This document shows, piece by piece, positions 1 to 14,000 of a stretch of 64,000 bases of DNA. The stretch is from the human T2T-CHM13v2.0 reference genome, Homo sapiens. Below the pieces are notes generated by a model that saw only the letters and a list, made by a program, of their open reading frames with translations, was not told the origin of the DNA and searched no databases. Within the stretch, counting starts at the first letter, position 1. Every line of letters starts with the position of its first letter. Location of the stretch: the NCBI RefSeq assembly GCF_009914755.1, contig NC_060925.1. One strand, 5' to 3'. The position numbers were made by a program, and so were the translations under genes.

Positions 1-19
1 CAGCATAAAAAAGTAAGGC

Positions 20-198
20 TGTTTCAACTGAATTGTATGTCTCAAAATTTAGATGTTGAGTTTCTAACTCCCAAAGTAAATGTATTTGGAAATAGGACCT
101 TTAAAGAGGTCATTAAGATTCAGTGAGGTTATAAGGGTAGTACCCTAATCCACTATGGGCAGTGACGTATAAAACTAGGAAGAGGCGGTACAAGGGAT

Positions 199-263
<65 letters not shown>

Positions 264-447
264 CAGAGAGAGTAAAGGCTATGTGAAAATAGCAAGAAGA
301 TGGCTACCTGCTAGCTAAGGAAAGAGACCTCAATAAAAACCAAGCCTGTCAATACCTTGATCTTGGACTTCCAGCAACCAGAAGTGTGAGAAAATAAATT
401 TCTATTGTTTACTCTCTGTGCTGTCTTGCCATAGCAACTCTAGCAAT
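20..447 (+). mobile_element. MaLR solo LTR, MLT1A/MLT1B-like
   Basis: Typical MLT1 blocks: 'gtatttggaaataggacctttaaagagg' and 'accttgatcttggacttccagcaaccagaagtgtgagaaaataaatttct'. Confidence 0.7.
200..271. repeat. Compound microsatellite (CA)~24(GA)n inside the MLT1 LTR
   Basis: Direct reading. Confidence 0.97.
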
Positions 448-1165
448 TCATCGTATTAGCTGACAAAGTCAAACAACAGCAAAAACCACAAACTCATGAT
501 TATCACAATAGAGGTAGGAAAAGCATTTGCTAAATTCACGTTTATTCATAACAAAAAGTGTAAAACTCTTGCAAGTCTAAGAATCAAAGGTAACTTCTTT
601 TTACAAAAGGAACATATTTTTCCTATATGGTAAGGATCATCTATAAAAACCTACAGCTAACATTACATTTAATGGTAATACACTAAATGCTTCACCCCAA
701 GTTAAAGATACTCTCCCTCATCACTTTTATTCAACGTCACACTGAAAGTTTTGGCCAATGCAATAAGCGAAGAATAAAAAACATAGTTTACAAGTAAAGA
801 AATAAAACTATCTGTATTTGCAGAGGGCATAATTTTCCATATAAAAAAATCCAAATGTTATTTTAGCAAGCCCCTCTAACCAAGAGTTGAGTTTATCAAG
901 GTCATAAGTTACAAGGTCAATACATAAATATCAACTGGATTTCAATATACCAGCAATAAACAAATGTAGTTACAATTTTAAAAAATTCATTTATTATAGC
1001 CCCCAAAAGTGAAGCATTTAGATATATCTAACAATATTTGCTAGACCTGTAAGTTGACAATTACAAAACACTGATGAGAGAAGTCAAAGGAAAGCTATAA
1101 TCGGAGATACATGCAATGTTTCTGATTTGGAAAGCTCAATATTGATAATATACCAATTCTCCCTA

Positions 1166-1316
<151 letters not shown>

Positions 1317-2887
1317 TAATATTGTTATAAGCTAATTTTAAAATGTATATGAAAAGATGAAAGAAGAATGGTCAAAACAATTTTAGCAAAGAACATATTT
1401 GGGACACTAATATTTTCCAATTTCCAGGCTCACTATAAAGCTACAGTAATCTTGACAGTATGGTCTTTGCGAATATACAGACACATAGATTAATGGAACA
1501 GAATAGATAGCCCAGAAATAGACTGACAAAACTTAGACAATTGAATTTTGATTAAGATATTAAAACAGTTTGATGGAGAAAAGTATTTTCAACAAGTTGC
1601 AAACCAATAGAATGTTCATATGCAACCTAATAAACCTCAACACATGTCTCACACTTTACAGCAATGTTATCTCAAATAAATCACAGCTCTCAATGTAAAA
1701 TTTAAACCTATAACACTAGTAAAAGAAAATGTAGGACAAAATATGCATGACCTTGGATTTGGCAATTAGATTTTAAATACGATGGCAAAATCACAATTCA
1801 TGAAAGAAGCTGATAAACTAGACTTCATTAAATTAAAATTTTTGCTCTGCAAAATAAGCTATTAAGAGAATAGCTTACATATTGGGAGCAAATATTTCCC
1901 AATAACATATAGAAGATTCATATAAAATATTAAGAACATTTATAACTCAACAATAACACACTTAAAAATAGCAGATCTGATAAATACTCCTTCAAAAAGA
2001 TATACATATAAGGTTATGAAAAACATGCTTAACATTAATAGTTGTGAGGAAAACGTAAATTAATACCACAATGATATACCACAAGACATCTATTATAATG
2101 ACTTAAAAAAAAAGAAGACAAATATCAATATGAAATTATGGAAATAACACAACGCAGAACATCATGAATTCTCATTTTTTCTTGCTGGGAATGCAATATA
2201 GTATAGACACTTTGGAAAAGAGGTTCAGGGCTTCTTGAAATATTAAACGTATACCTACCAAAAACCCCAGCTATCCCACTCCTTTGTATTTACCCTAAGT
2301 GAATCAAAATTTTCTAATCATACAAAACCTGCACATGAAAGTTTGTAGCAGCTTTGTTGATAATGGTAAAAGCCTGGGAATAAGAAGATGTCAACATGTA
2401 AATGAAACGTAAACGACTGTACAGTCATAAAATGAATTACTACACTGACCTAAGAAAGTGATCAGTTGGTTCACACAATTACATAAATTAACCTTTCACA
2501 CATTTTGCTACTTGAAAGAAGCCAGACCCCAAAGGCTACATATTGTATTATTCCAATATATATGGCATTCTGGAAAAGGTAAAACAACAGGGATGGAAGA
2601 CTAAACAGTTGTTTCCAGGAGTTGCCACGGGCAAGACTGAGTAAAAGGGAATCCCACATGACAATTTTCAGATGATGGAACTGTTCTGTGTTATACTTCA
2701 GTTCTGGATATATGACTCTGAGCATTTTCAAAACCAGTAAAACAACACAACACAAATAATACATTTTATGCAAATTATGAGAAAAGTCAAACAAGATACC
2801 AATTCAAGTATGGAATTTAAGCGGTGACAAGTTAATCTAACCCTATTACAAATATAACTACAACTTCAATGGAATCTGAAAAAAGTA

Positions 2888-3398
2888 CAGCCTTGTGCTG
2901 CATAACAATATTCTGATCAACAATGGATGACATATACAATGTGGTGGTCCCATAAGATCATAATATTGTATTTTTATTGTTTCTTTTTTTTTTTTTTTTG
3001 AGAGAAGGTCTTGCTATGTTGCCCAGGCTAGAGTGCAGTGAATATTGGCTATTCACAGGTGCAATCATAGTGCTCTATTCCTCCAAGCTCCTGGGCTCAA
3101 ATGATTCTCTTGCTTCAGCCACCTGAGTAGTTGCGATTTTTATGGTACCTTTTCTAAGTTTAGACATGTTTAGATACAAAATTACTTATCGTGTGTTGCA
3201 ATTGCCCACAATATTCAGTACAGTAATATGCTGTACAGGTTTGTAGCCTAGGAACAATAGCTTATACCATGTAGCCTGGGTGTGCAGTAGGCTATACCAT
3301 CTAGGTTTGTGTAGTACCCTCTATAATGTCTGCACAATGGTATCTCCTAAGAACACATTTCTTAGAACTTATCCCTGTGGTTAAAGAACACGTGACTG
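2888..3398 (+). mobile_element. Tigger3a (Golem-type) non-autonomous DNA transposon
   Basis: CAG...CTG termini flanked by TA (2886-2887, 3399-3400). Internal 'ggtggtcccataagat' and 'gctgtacaggtttgtagcctagg'. Confidence 0.8.
2981..3135 (-). mobile_element. FAM (fossil Alu monomer)
   Basis: Monomer with poly(T) and the 7SL-derived 'ggctattcacaggtgcaatc' block. TSD ATTTTTATTGT (2970-2980) / ATTTTTATGGT (3136-3146). Confidence 0.75.
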
Positions 3399-3584
3399 TA
3401 TATATATTAGCACTCTCTTTCCAAGAGAGAAGCTGACCTCCAATCAATATAACTCAAAAACAGTTTTGACTAGAAAACAAGGTTAAAGACAAATTACAAA
3501 CGAACAAAATCTATGACACACCTGTAATATAACATTATACTCTAGTTAGTAAAGATGTTTCACATAGAATTTCATTTAGCAATT

Positions 3585-3876
3585 GCCTGGGCACGGTGGC
3601 TCATGCCTGTAATCCCAGCACTTTGAAAGGCCAAGGCGGGTGGATCACCTAAGGTCAGGAGTTCAAGACCAGCCTGGACAACATGGTGAAACCCTGTCTC
3701 TAAAAAAATTAGCTTGGCATGATGGCGGGTGCCTGTAATCCCACCTACTGGGGAGGCTGAGGTGGAAGAATCACTTGAACCCAGGAGGTGGAGGTTGCAG
3801 TGAGCTGTGATCATGCCATTGCCCTCCAGCCTGGGCGACAGAGCGAGACTCTGTCTCAAAAGAAAAGAAAAAAAAA
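3585..3876 (+). mobile_element. AluS (Sx-like), full length
   Basis: Dimeric Alu with A tail. TSD TTCATTTAGCAATT at 3571-3584 and 3877-3890. Confidence 0.93.
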
Positions 3877-3996
3877 TTCATTTAGCAATTATGAAATTAA
3901 TTTGGATGCATGTTAGAGTTCATCAAGTAGTTAAATGCATTGTAGATGATGGGAAATAGGTTTCTTATTGCTAGGGAAATAAGTTACTTTCAAATA

Positions 3997-4631
3997 TAGT
4001 AAATTCTCATGTAATGCCTTCCACAGATTCTTGAAAACTGACTTTAAGCGAAGCAACATATAACCAAACCAATTTTACCATAGCTCAATTGATATAAACA
4101 AGAATTCAGTGCTTGTAGCATATTTCTGGTCATAAAACCATCATCAAACTTCTAAATAAAGACTGAATCACTTCTAATATTAAACATTAAAACAAATGTG
4201 AACCATATATACATTTAAGAAATATAAATAAAGTAATTATTTACCTGCTTATTCAGTTAAGGGTTAGAGGTGGCTAAAACCCTTCCCAGCAGCCCAGGGT
4301 GTGAGGCAGAAACCAGCCCTGAACAGTACACCATTTCCTCCCAGGGCTCACTCTCACACACACCCCCACACTCACTCAGACTGGAACCATTTAGGCATGA
4401 AAATTCACCTAGTATGCACGTCTTGGATTGGGATTGGGATGTGCATGCTAAGTAAATTTGCTTGCCTAAATGTGGGAGGAAACCATAGTACCCAGAGAAA
4501 AGCCCTGTAAACATGAGGAGAACATGCAAACTCCATAGATAGTGGTCCCAGCTGGGAATAATTTTTTTTTTTCTCATCCACATTGTAACAAAATGGTATT
4601 GAATGAGACAACATTATTCACAGACCTGTTG
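3997..4631 (+). mobile_element. MER6A (TcMar-Tigger) DNA element with its V-SINE-like internal block
   Basis: TA-flanked ends. 'aaccaattttaccatag...gatataaacaaga' and 'tgtgggaggaaaccatagtacccagagaaaagccc...catgaggagaacatgcaaactcca'. Confidence 0.75.
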
Positions 4632-6845
4632 TACATAAATAAGCAAGGAGGGAGATATGAACAAACCCCATGGTTTGTGTTAAGGTGGGATATATTAATA
4701 TGAGCTCATGTTTACTTTAATATATATACAGATTAAATAAATGCAGAAATAAATATACATATGGGTGTATACATATGAAACAATACATAAATATATTTGC
4801 TAGCTTTTTCACATAAAGGATCTCGAACTTGTGACTCTGTAAGATTGGATTTTAAATTCCAATCTCCAAGTAAAGGACCAGGGTTCTTTTTAGCACTGAC
4901 TGATTCTAGGGCTGTAACTCAGAAAATATAAGATGAGCCTAGCACCTTAGGCTGCCAACCATAACAAAGTGTTAGAAACAAAGTCTGAGTACATGTCAAA
5001 AGGATATCAAAAGGATATGGCGACCAACCAGAAACAGCTCCTAACATCCAAAGGTAGAATATTTGAACAGCAAAATAAATTATTATAATATTGGATTATA
5101 ATTCAAAGAATGAAATAAATATCAATGAGTATATACTAATATAAATAAAGGATCAATTAAAAAAATAAGTGGCAGAAAAGGGACAAACCTCATTTACAGA
5201 TGGATTCGAAATACAAAATGTAGGAGAAATGAGGAAAATAATAGAAAATCATTATTTGAACACCACAGTTATAATTGCTGCAGACAAGACCAAATGATGA
5301 ATGATATAATTAGCGGGCAAACATTAAGGAGAAGAATAATTTCATAGCCTCAAAGTATCTCCTACCAAATATTTCTTAATTATTGTAGTTGTTTAACTTA
5401 TGCCCATAAAGTCCTTGATATTTCTGCCTCCAAGAGGTGGAGACTAATTTCCCTTCCCTTGAAAGCATGTCAGAATGAATGACTGACTTGTTTCTAACAA
5501 GGAGTATATGGAAAGGAAAAAAAATGAGCAACATCTCAGTGGAGAAACCTAGCAGACATCACCTTAACCATGTGATCAAGGTTAAAATGACCAGCAATAA
5601 GTCATGTTGATATCATATACTTTTGATGTGATGCAATAAAAAGGGCATTTCCCCTCTACAGTAATATTAAACATCCTTAATCCCAGTTTGATCATGAGAA
5701 AATATCAAACTCAAATTGAGTGATGTTCTATAAAATACCTCACCACGACTCTTCAAAAGTGTCAATGTTATGAAGGACAAGTTAGGACTGAGAAACTTTC
5801 ATAGATACGAAGGAAACTAAGAAGAAATTATGACCAACTGCAATGTGGTATCCTGGATTGTATGCTGGGATATAAAAAGGACATTAGTGAAGAAAAAGTG
5901 AAGAACTGCAATCTGAATAAATATATAATGCAGTTAATAGCATTATTCTGATATTATTTTTCTAGTTTTGATAAATATATTATAGCTATGTGAGATGGAA
6001 GCTGTGGTGTATGGAAATTGTATCATCTTTGCAAATCTTTAAAATTATTTTAAAATAACTATTTAAAATTTAAGTTATTGAGCTTGTTTTCTTTTTATAG
6101 CTTCTACTCATATGTCTAGTGCTGATTCACACTTTCAATATTAGCCATTTTCAATAACTCAAAATTGATAGATCTGTTAAGACACATAGGGGATATTAAC
6201 TTTTCTTCTATCTTATATGCCATTGATAATATATGATGACCAAGAGTGCCATTTGACAGAATAATTCTGCCAACAGCTAATTCTGTTTTCCTTCTGAGCA
6301 ATTGTTTTCTCTCTGTTTATTTGCCTGGTTTTCCAAGAGCCTTGGCAGTTTATCTTATACCAGTTAATGCTACATATGAAGAGCAACTTTGAATAATTCC
6401 TACATAGTTGGGTCCTTCTTCTGTGTGTACTGACAAAATTCTTTTTTTTAACTAGAAAGTACTGATTTGTAATTTTGGAGAGAAAAATAAAATAATTTGG
6501 CTTACTAGAGCGATTAGCATGTTTAATTTGAAAAGCCTGGCAATCTGTGATGATTTAGCACGACTTTTTTAGAAAATTTCCATAAAAAAACAATGCAATT
6601 TGGATTGGAGCAAACTAATCACTGCTCCAAATATATATATATATATAAAGTTTATCTTTCTGATATTTATATAAATGCACTAAACTTTGAGACTCTTATC
6701 TAGCACAAACAGACTTAACATTATATATGTTTAGAGGGGCATTGTTCACCATGATTACAACTTGATTCTGCACTTTCACTTTCACACTTTCACTTTCTCA
6801 GTGAACTGCTTTTAAACTATACATACATCATTGTGAATTTGTGGT

Positions 6846-7422
6846 TATATTAGTTTTCTATTACTGTGTAACAAATTAGGACCAATTTAAGGGCTTTAAA
6901 ATACCCACAATTATTTCACAGTTTCCATGGGTCAGAAGTCAGGACACAACTTGTCTGAGTCTTTTATTCAGGGTCCCACAAAGTTTCAATTAAGGTATTA
7001 GCTGGGCTGCATTTTCATCTGGAGGTTATACTGGGAATAATCTGTTTCAAGCTTACTCAGACTGTTGACAGAATCTGTTGTCTTGTTATGGTATGACCAA
7101 GGGCTCTAGCTTTCTGCGATCTGCAGATTGTTCTGAGTTCCCACAGGTATGTACAGTTCTGAGACTTTCCACAGTTCCTTGCCACACAGGTTTCTCACAC
7201 ACAGTCACTTTCTTTATCAAGCTTGCAAGTAGAGACTTATATAAGAGAAGTCTTATATAATGTCACTTAAACATGGGAGTGACATCCTGTCACCTTTGCC
7301 ATATTATACTGGTTAAGTCCAAGTCACAGTCCCCATTCATACTCAAGAGTATGTGATTGCATAAATGCATAAACACCAGGAGATAGGGATCATTGGGAAT
7401 CACCACAGTACCTGTGGCTACA
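6846..7422 (-). mobile_element. MaLR solo LTR, MLT1F/G-like
   Basis: 'tattagttttctattactgtgtaacaaatt', 'catgggagtgacatcctgtcacctttgccatatt', 'caccaggagatagggatcattggg'. Confidence 0.7.
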
Positions 7423-9883
7423 GTGATGGAATAGAACAAATATCACAAAATGTAAATTTAATAAATGAAACTATCAGAATACAAAGCCTATAAAATTATG
7501 TTCACTGAGAATTATTTTGCCCTATCAACTACATATTAGCTTAAAATTTCTTGTAAAACAGTGCCAACTTTCATAAATTTCATGATTATTTAATAACATA
7601 ATGAAAATGTATGTATAATTATAAATAAATTTATATATCCTGTGTATCTCATGCAAGTTTATTTCTCTCTAAAGCCACAAAATGCTTGCCAGCCATTTAA
7701 TATGTCACCCAAGACGACCAGTATTCAGCAGACTATTCTTTAAGAAACAGCACCTGAAGTAAAGATCTCTTCTTAGAAAACAGTCCATATTATCTCATCA
7801 AGGTAAAATGTGGATTTGGGGCATTTCCCACACTCTAATTGCAAAGTGCTCTTTTAATATATACATTTTTCTCTTTAATAAATTCCTGTGGAGCAATACT
7901 ACCATCAATGTGAAAATTACAGTGAAACTGTTACAACAAGCAACAGCTCACTGTCTTCTTGTAAAACAATTTATGTGCTAGGGTGAACACATAACTTTGT
8001 TTGATGCATTGGAGCTTCAGCTAAATTGTGAAAATGTAAAGAGGTGAATAAGACAATATCCCAGAATTTCTGGCTATTTAAAGTATGTACTATAAAAGTG
8101 TGCCTTAGCAACTGTTTATGTAAAAGATGGATAAGAAGTGATCTTCCCCCAAAAGATAATCATTTATTTTGAAGATGATTTGAAGAAGATTTATTTAAAT
8201 CAATTGCAAGGAGAAAATATCATTTTAAGTACAGCTTCAAAAACAAGGAAAGGAATATATTACACTTGTAGCTCTTTTGCTAAAGACTTGTTATTTTTGT
8301 GCTAACTGGCCCATTTCAAATACAGACATTCAGTCAGCTGGAGTACATTCATTGTCTTCATGTTATTTCATTTTCTTGGCCTACAAAGCCCAAGTATGCT
8401 ATTAAGCTAAAGAAAAAAAATAGATACAAAAGGTATTAAAAATATAAATGGAGTACTTCAAATATGGCACTATAATAAGTAAGTAATATGTCTCCTTTTA
8501 TAGTCGTAGATGAAGCACAGAAAGTGATTACAGCCACAGATTTATGAAATGTTGCAGGAAGCTTTTTTTTGTAAGTTTTTAAGGTATAGTTTTTCATTTG
8601 CCTTGAACTAACTACTATTTCAGGTGGCAAAACTAACACAAAACACACTATTTTATTTCTATAGCTTAACTTTCAAATAGTATAAAAGTGTATTCCTCTG
8701 AAATGCATGTTTGCTTTATTTGTATCCACAACATTATCAAGACATTGATAACTTCTCTAGATATGCTTAAATCGCATCATATAAAGACTTTTTTTACTTG
8801 TTCTTTTACTTTTGCTCACATTCAATAGCTATATACAGTAAATCTCATCTGTGTCAGAAAGTAAGAAAATTATACATTAATGCTATATAATGGGTTTATA
8901 GTTAAATTTCACAAAGGCATAGTCTTTCATTGTTAGCTTTCCCTTTAGCAATATTTCCCTGTGATTAAGTTAGAGATCTGATAACCTCCTTATGCAGTAT
9001 ATGCCCAATAGCAATATAAAACTCAATATCTGCTGCATTATTTTATAGACTTACTCCATTTTACATGTAAAATGAATACAAAATAAATAGATAAACCAAA
9101 TATGAAATATAAAACATGGACATTTATCACTTGCAAATATGAATGGAAAGAACAAAATAAATAGAAAACATTTGTGATGGCAATATAAGAATATGGAGAA
9201 TAGATAAATCCACAACTTTGTATTTTTTATGTTTTAGATGGGCTTTGTTAAAGCTCCGATCCTCTGAAATGGGAAGTGTGCATTGTATAATCATCTTCAT
9301 TAATATTCATTCCAAGTGCAGGCTAGGTATCATATTCATTTATTTTTTTTTTCCTGAAAACTTCAGCGTTACATCGTTCAAACAAAAACCAAGGAATTAG
9401 TACAACTAAAGCTACATCTGGCTGATTTTCTTAGTTTATGGGAGAATAGCGTGGTTGCAGATTATTATTGATTTGAAAGTGATTAATTAGCCACTGAAAA
9501 ATTGACTTTCTACTCATGTTAGATACCGTTATTGGGCTTTTTTCCAAGATGGCAGATTAGAGGTTTTTAGCATGCCTCAGCCACTTAGAAATAGCTACAT
9601 AGTGCATAAAAATCAACTCTGTTAGCTTTAATTCAATGAGGAAAATGGGAATCCACTGCAATAATGAATGATACTCTAGGTCTCAAAGAGAAGGCAGGCA
9701 AATAGCTCCCATGACGGCATCCTGCTGATAAAAGTGAATAAAACCCCAGTACATGAGAGAGACAGACAGCCTCCCTCTATGACTCACCTTTCCACTGGGG
9801 ATTAGAGCAAACCAAACTGAGGGAGAGCACTTTGTTTTACCCAAGCCCTAGAGCTAACACGGAGAAGCTTGGAGATGTAGTGA

Positions 9884-10242
<359 letters not shown>

Positions 10243-10579
10243 AAGGACACCATTTTTAATACAGGTTCATACAAAATCAACCATTCTTTGGTCTGCAGCA
10301 TGACAGCACAGACATTTTAGTCTTTGCGCAGAGATTGAGCACCTGCCCTGGAGTAGAATAGAGGCCTCCACAGCCAGAACTATGGAAAGTGCCTCAGCAG
10401 CAGGAACTGGAATTGTAATTTCCCCTGTCATTGGCCTGGGGCAGGAGAAGAGCTGCTACAGCTACAGTATCTCCTATATGATGGGAGTTGCAGCCAGGGC
10501 CAGCTTGGTAACTTGGAACTGGTCTGCGTGTGTCACTTCTTTGTGCCCCAGCTGGCTTCCCTGAAACCACAGTGCAGGG

Positions 10580-11068
10580 TCCAGCAGCCAGAATACCCAC
10601 ACCATTCCTGTGCAGAGATCCTGTGCAAGGAGGTCTCTCTGCTTCATGTCTAGGCAGATTCTCCAGACACTTGGAGCACCCACTTGCCTTGTTCAGCAGC
10701 CTGACCCACACCACCATTTCTGGACACAAATCATGGTACGGTGAGGCCATCTCCACTTCATGCCCAGGAAGATCTCCAGACATGTGGAGCACCCACTCAC
10801 CTGGATCAGCAGCCTGAACTGCCCCACCTTTCCTGTGCAGAGATTTGGGTGCACTAGGTGCCTCTCTGCTTCCCACTCAGGCAGATCTCCAGGCATTCAG
10901 AACAACCGCTTGCCTAGTTCTGCAGCCTGAGTCACCCAACCCCTCCTTTGCAGAGGTGTTGGTTCAAAGGGGCCCTCTCTGCTCCATGCCCAGGTAGATC
11001 TCCAGGCATTCAGAGCACCTCCTTGCCTGGAACAGCAGCTGGAGCCAGCCCACCCATCCTGTGCAGAG
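10580..11068 (+). repeat. 113-bp tandem monomer array (~4.3 copies) in the L1 5' UTR
   Basis: 'ctccag' anchor at 10661, 10774, 10887 and 11000 (spacing 113 each time). Confidence 0.9.
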
Positions 11069-14000
11069 CTTTATCAATGGACTGAACCAAGCAGAATTAA
11101 AAAAAAAAAATCAGAGCTTGAAAGCTAGTCTTTCTAAGTAACCCAGTCAAACAAAAATAAAGAAAAACAATTTTAATAAATGAAAAAGTTTTCAAGAAAT
11201 ATGGGATTATGTAAAGTGACCAAACCTATATAAATAATTGGCATTCCTGAGGGAGACAGAGAAGAAGAAAACAACCTACAAATAATATTTGAGGGAATAA
11301 TTCAACAAAATGTCCCTGCTCTTGCTAGAGAGGTAGATAAGCAGATACAAGAAAAACAGAGAACACTTGTGAGATACTCTGCAAAACAAACATCACCAAG
11401 GCATATAGTCACCAGACTGTTCAAGGTCAATGCTAAAAAAAATTCTTAAAGGAGGCTACAGAAAAAGGCCAGATAACATACAAAAGGAACCCGCTCAAGC
11501 TAACGGTGGACTTCTCAGCAGAAACTGTACAAGACAGGGGAGATTGGTGGCCTATTTTCAGCATTATTAAAGAAAATAACTTTCAACCAAGAATTTCATA
11601 TCCCACCAAAGTAAGTTTCATAAGCAAAAGAGAAATACAATCTTTTGCAGAAAAGCAAGTGCTAAAAAAATTCATTACCACTTGATCAATCTTGTAAGAT
11701 ATCCTTAAGGGGGTTCTAAACATGGAAATAAAAGAATGATGCCTGCTACCACAAAAACATACTTAAGTACTTTGCCCACAGACCTTATGAAGCAACCACA
11801 TAAAAGACACTAAGCAACCAGCTAACAGCTTAATGATATGATCAAAACCTCATATATCAATATTAACCTTGCGTATAAATGGTCTAGACAGTCCAGTTAA
11901 AAGGCACGCCATGGCAAGTTGGGAGAGAAAACAAACAAACAAACAAAACAAGAAACAACAAGACCCAGCTGTCTGCTGGCTTCAAGAGACCCAGCTCATG
12001 TGTAACAACACCCATTGGCTCAAAGTAAGAGGTTTAAGAAAGATCTATAGTGCAAATAGAACACAAAAGAGAGCAGGGATCACTATTCTTATATCATATA
12101 AAACAGGTTTTAAACCAATAATAAAGGACAAAGAAGAGCATTACATAATGATAAAGAATTCAATTCAATAAGAAGACTTAACTATCCTAAATATGTACAC
12201 ACCCAACTTTGGAGCACCCAAATGCATAAAACAAGTATTTCTAGACCTACAAAAATAGTTAGGAAGCCACACAATAATAGTGAGGGATTTCAACACCCTA
12301 CTGACAGTGTTAAACAGATAATCGGGGCAGAAAACTACCAAAGAAATTCTGGACATAAATTTGACACTTGACCAGTTGGATGTAACAGACAACTACAGAA
12401 TACTCCACCCATCAATTGCAGAATATAAACCATTCTCATCTGCACACAGAATTGGCTCCAGGATTGATCACATGCTTAGCTATAAAGCAATTCTCAATAA
12501 ATTTTTAAAAAACCAAAATTATACCAACCATTCTCTTGGGTCATGGTGGAATAAAAATGGAAATCAATATCAAGAATATCTCTCAAAATGACACAATTAT
12601 ATAGAAATTAAACAACTTGCTTCTGAGTGACTTTTGGGTAAACAACAAAATCAAGGCAGAAATCAAAGAAATTCTTTGAAATAAATTAAAATGGACACCA
12701 CATACAAAAATCACTGTGATGCAGCCAGAGCGGTGTTAAGAGGAAAGATTATAACGTTAAATGACCATGTCAAAAAGTTAGAAAGAACTTAAATTAACAA
12801 TTTAACATGACCCCTAGAGGAAATACAAAAATAACACTAACCACACATGTAGCAGGAGAAAGTAAATAACTAAAATCAGAGCAGAACTGATTGAAACTGA
12901 GACTCCATAATCCATACAAAGAATCAAAGAAAGGTTGACCACTAGCTAGATTAACAAAGAAAAAAGAGAGATAATCCAAATAACCATAATCAGAAAAGAC
13001 AAAGGTGGCATTATAACAAATCCCACAGAAATACAAAGATCCTCAAAAAGTATTATGAAACCTCTATGCACACAAACTAGAAAATCTAGAGGAAATGGAT
13101 AAATTCCTGGAAACACACATTCTCCCAAGATTTAATCAGGAAGAAATCTAAACCCTGAACAGACTAATATCAAGTTTCAAAATAGAATAAGTAATTAGAA
13201 AACAAAAACATAAACAAAACAAGCCCCAGACCAGCTGAATTCTAATAGACATGCAAAGAAGAGTTGTTACCAATCCTACTGAAACTATTCCAAAAATCTG
13301 AGGAGGAGGGACTCCTGCCTAACTCATTCTACAAAGCCAGCATCACCCTAATACCAAAACCTAACAAAGACCAATGAAAAAAGAAAAGTACAGGCCAATA
13401 TCCCTGATGAACATAGACTCAAAGATCCTCAACAAAATACTAACAAAACAAATCCAACAGCCCATCAAAATGTTAATTCACGATGATCAAGTAAAATTCA
13501 TTCCTGGAATGCAAAGTTTGTTCAAAATATGCAAATAAATAAATGGGATTCAACATATAAACAGAATTAAAAACATGAACTATATGATCATCTCAACAGA
13601 TGCAGAAAAGCTTTTGATAAAATCCAACATCCCCTTATAATAAAAAACCATCAAAAAATTAGGCATTGAAAGAACATACTTCGAAATAATAAGACCCAAC
13701 TATAACAAACCCCCAGCCAATATTGTACTGTGCAGGCAAAAACTGGAAGTATTCCCCTTTAAAGCCAGAGCAAGATGAGGATGCCCAATCTCACCACTCC
13801 TATTCAACATAGTACTAGAAGTGCTAACCAGAGCAATCAGGCAAGAGAAAAAAAATGTAAGGCATCCAAGACAGGAAGTCAAATTATCCCTCTTTACTGA
13901 TAATATGTGTCTATACCTAAAAAACCCTAAAGACTGCATCAAAAGGTTCCTGGAACTAATAAACTTCAATAAAGTTTCAGGATACAAAATTAGTGTACAA

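Noticed and set aside
113-295. 60-aa ORF with CVCVCV run
   Set aside because: Translation of the CA/GA microsatellite.
3572-3859. 95-aa ORF, and similar ORFs at 9832-10320, 25669-26037 and 36961-37197
   Set aside because: Standard antisense Alu open frames, not genes.
4257-4614. tRNA/SINE-like block with overlapping ORFs suggesting an ncRNA
   Set aside because: Explained as the internal V-SINE-like segment of MER6A.
10580-11068. Regularly spaced repeat resembling a CRISPR array
   Set aside because: Whole 113-bp units are homologous (no unique spacers), the context is a eukaryotic L1 UTR, and there are no cas genes.
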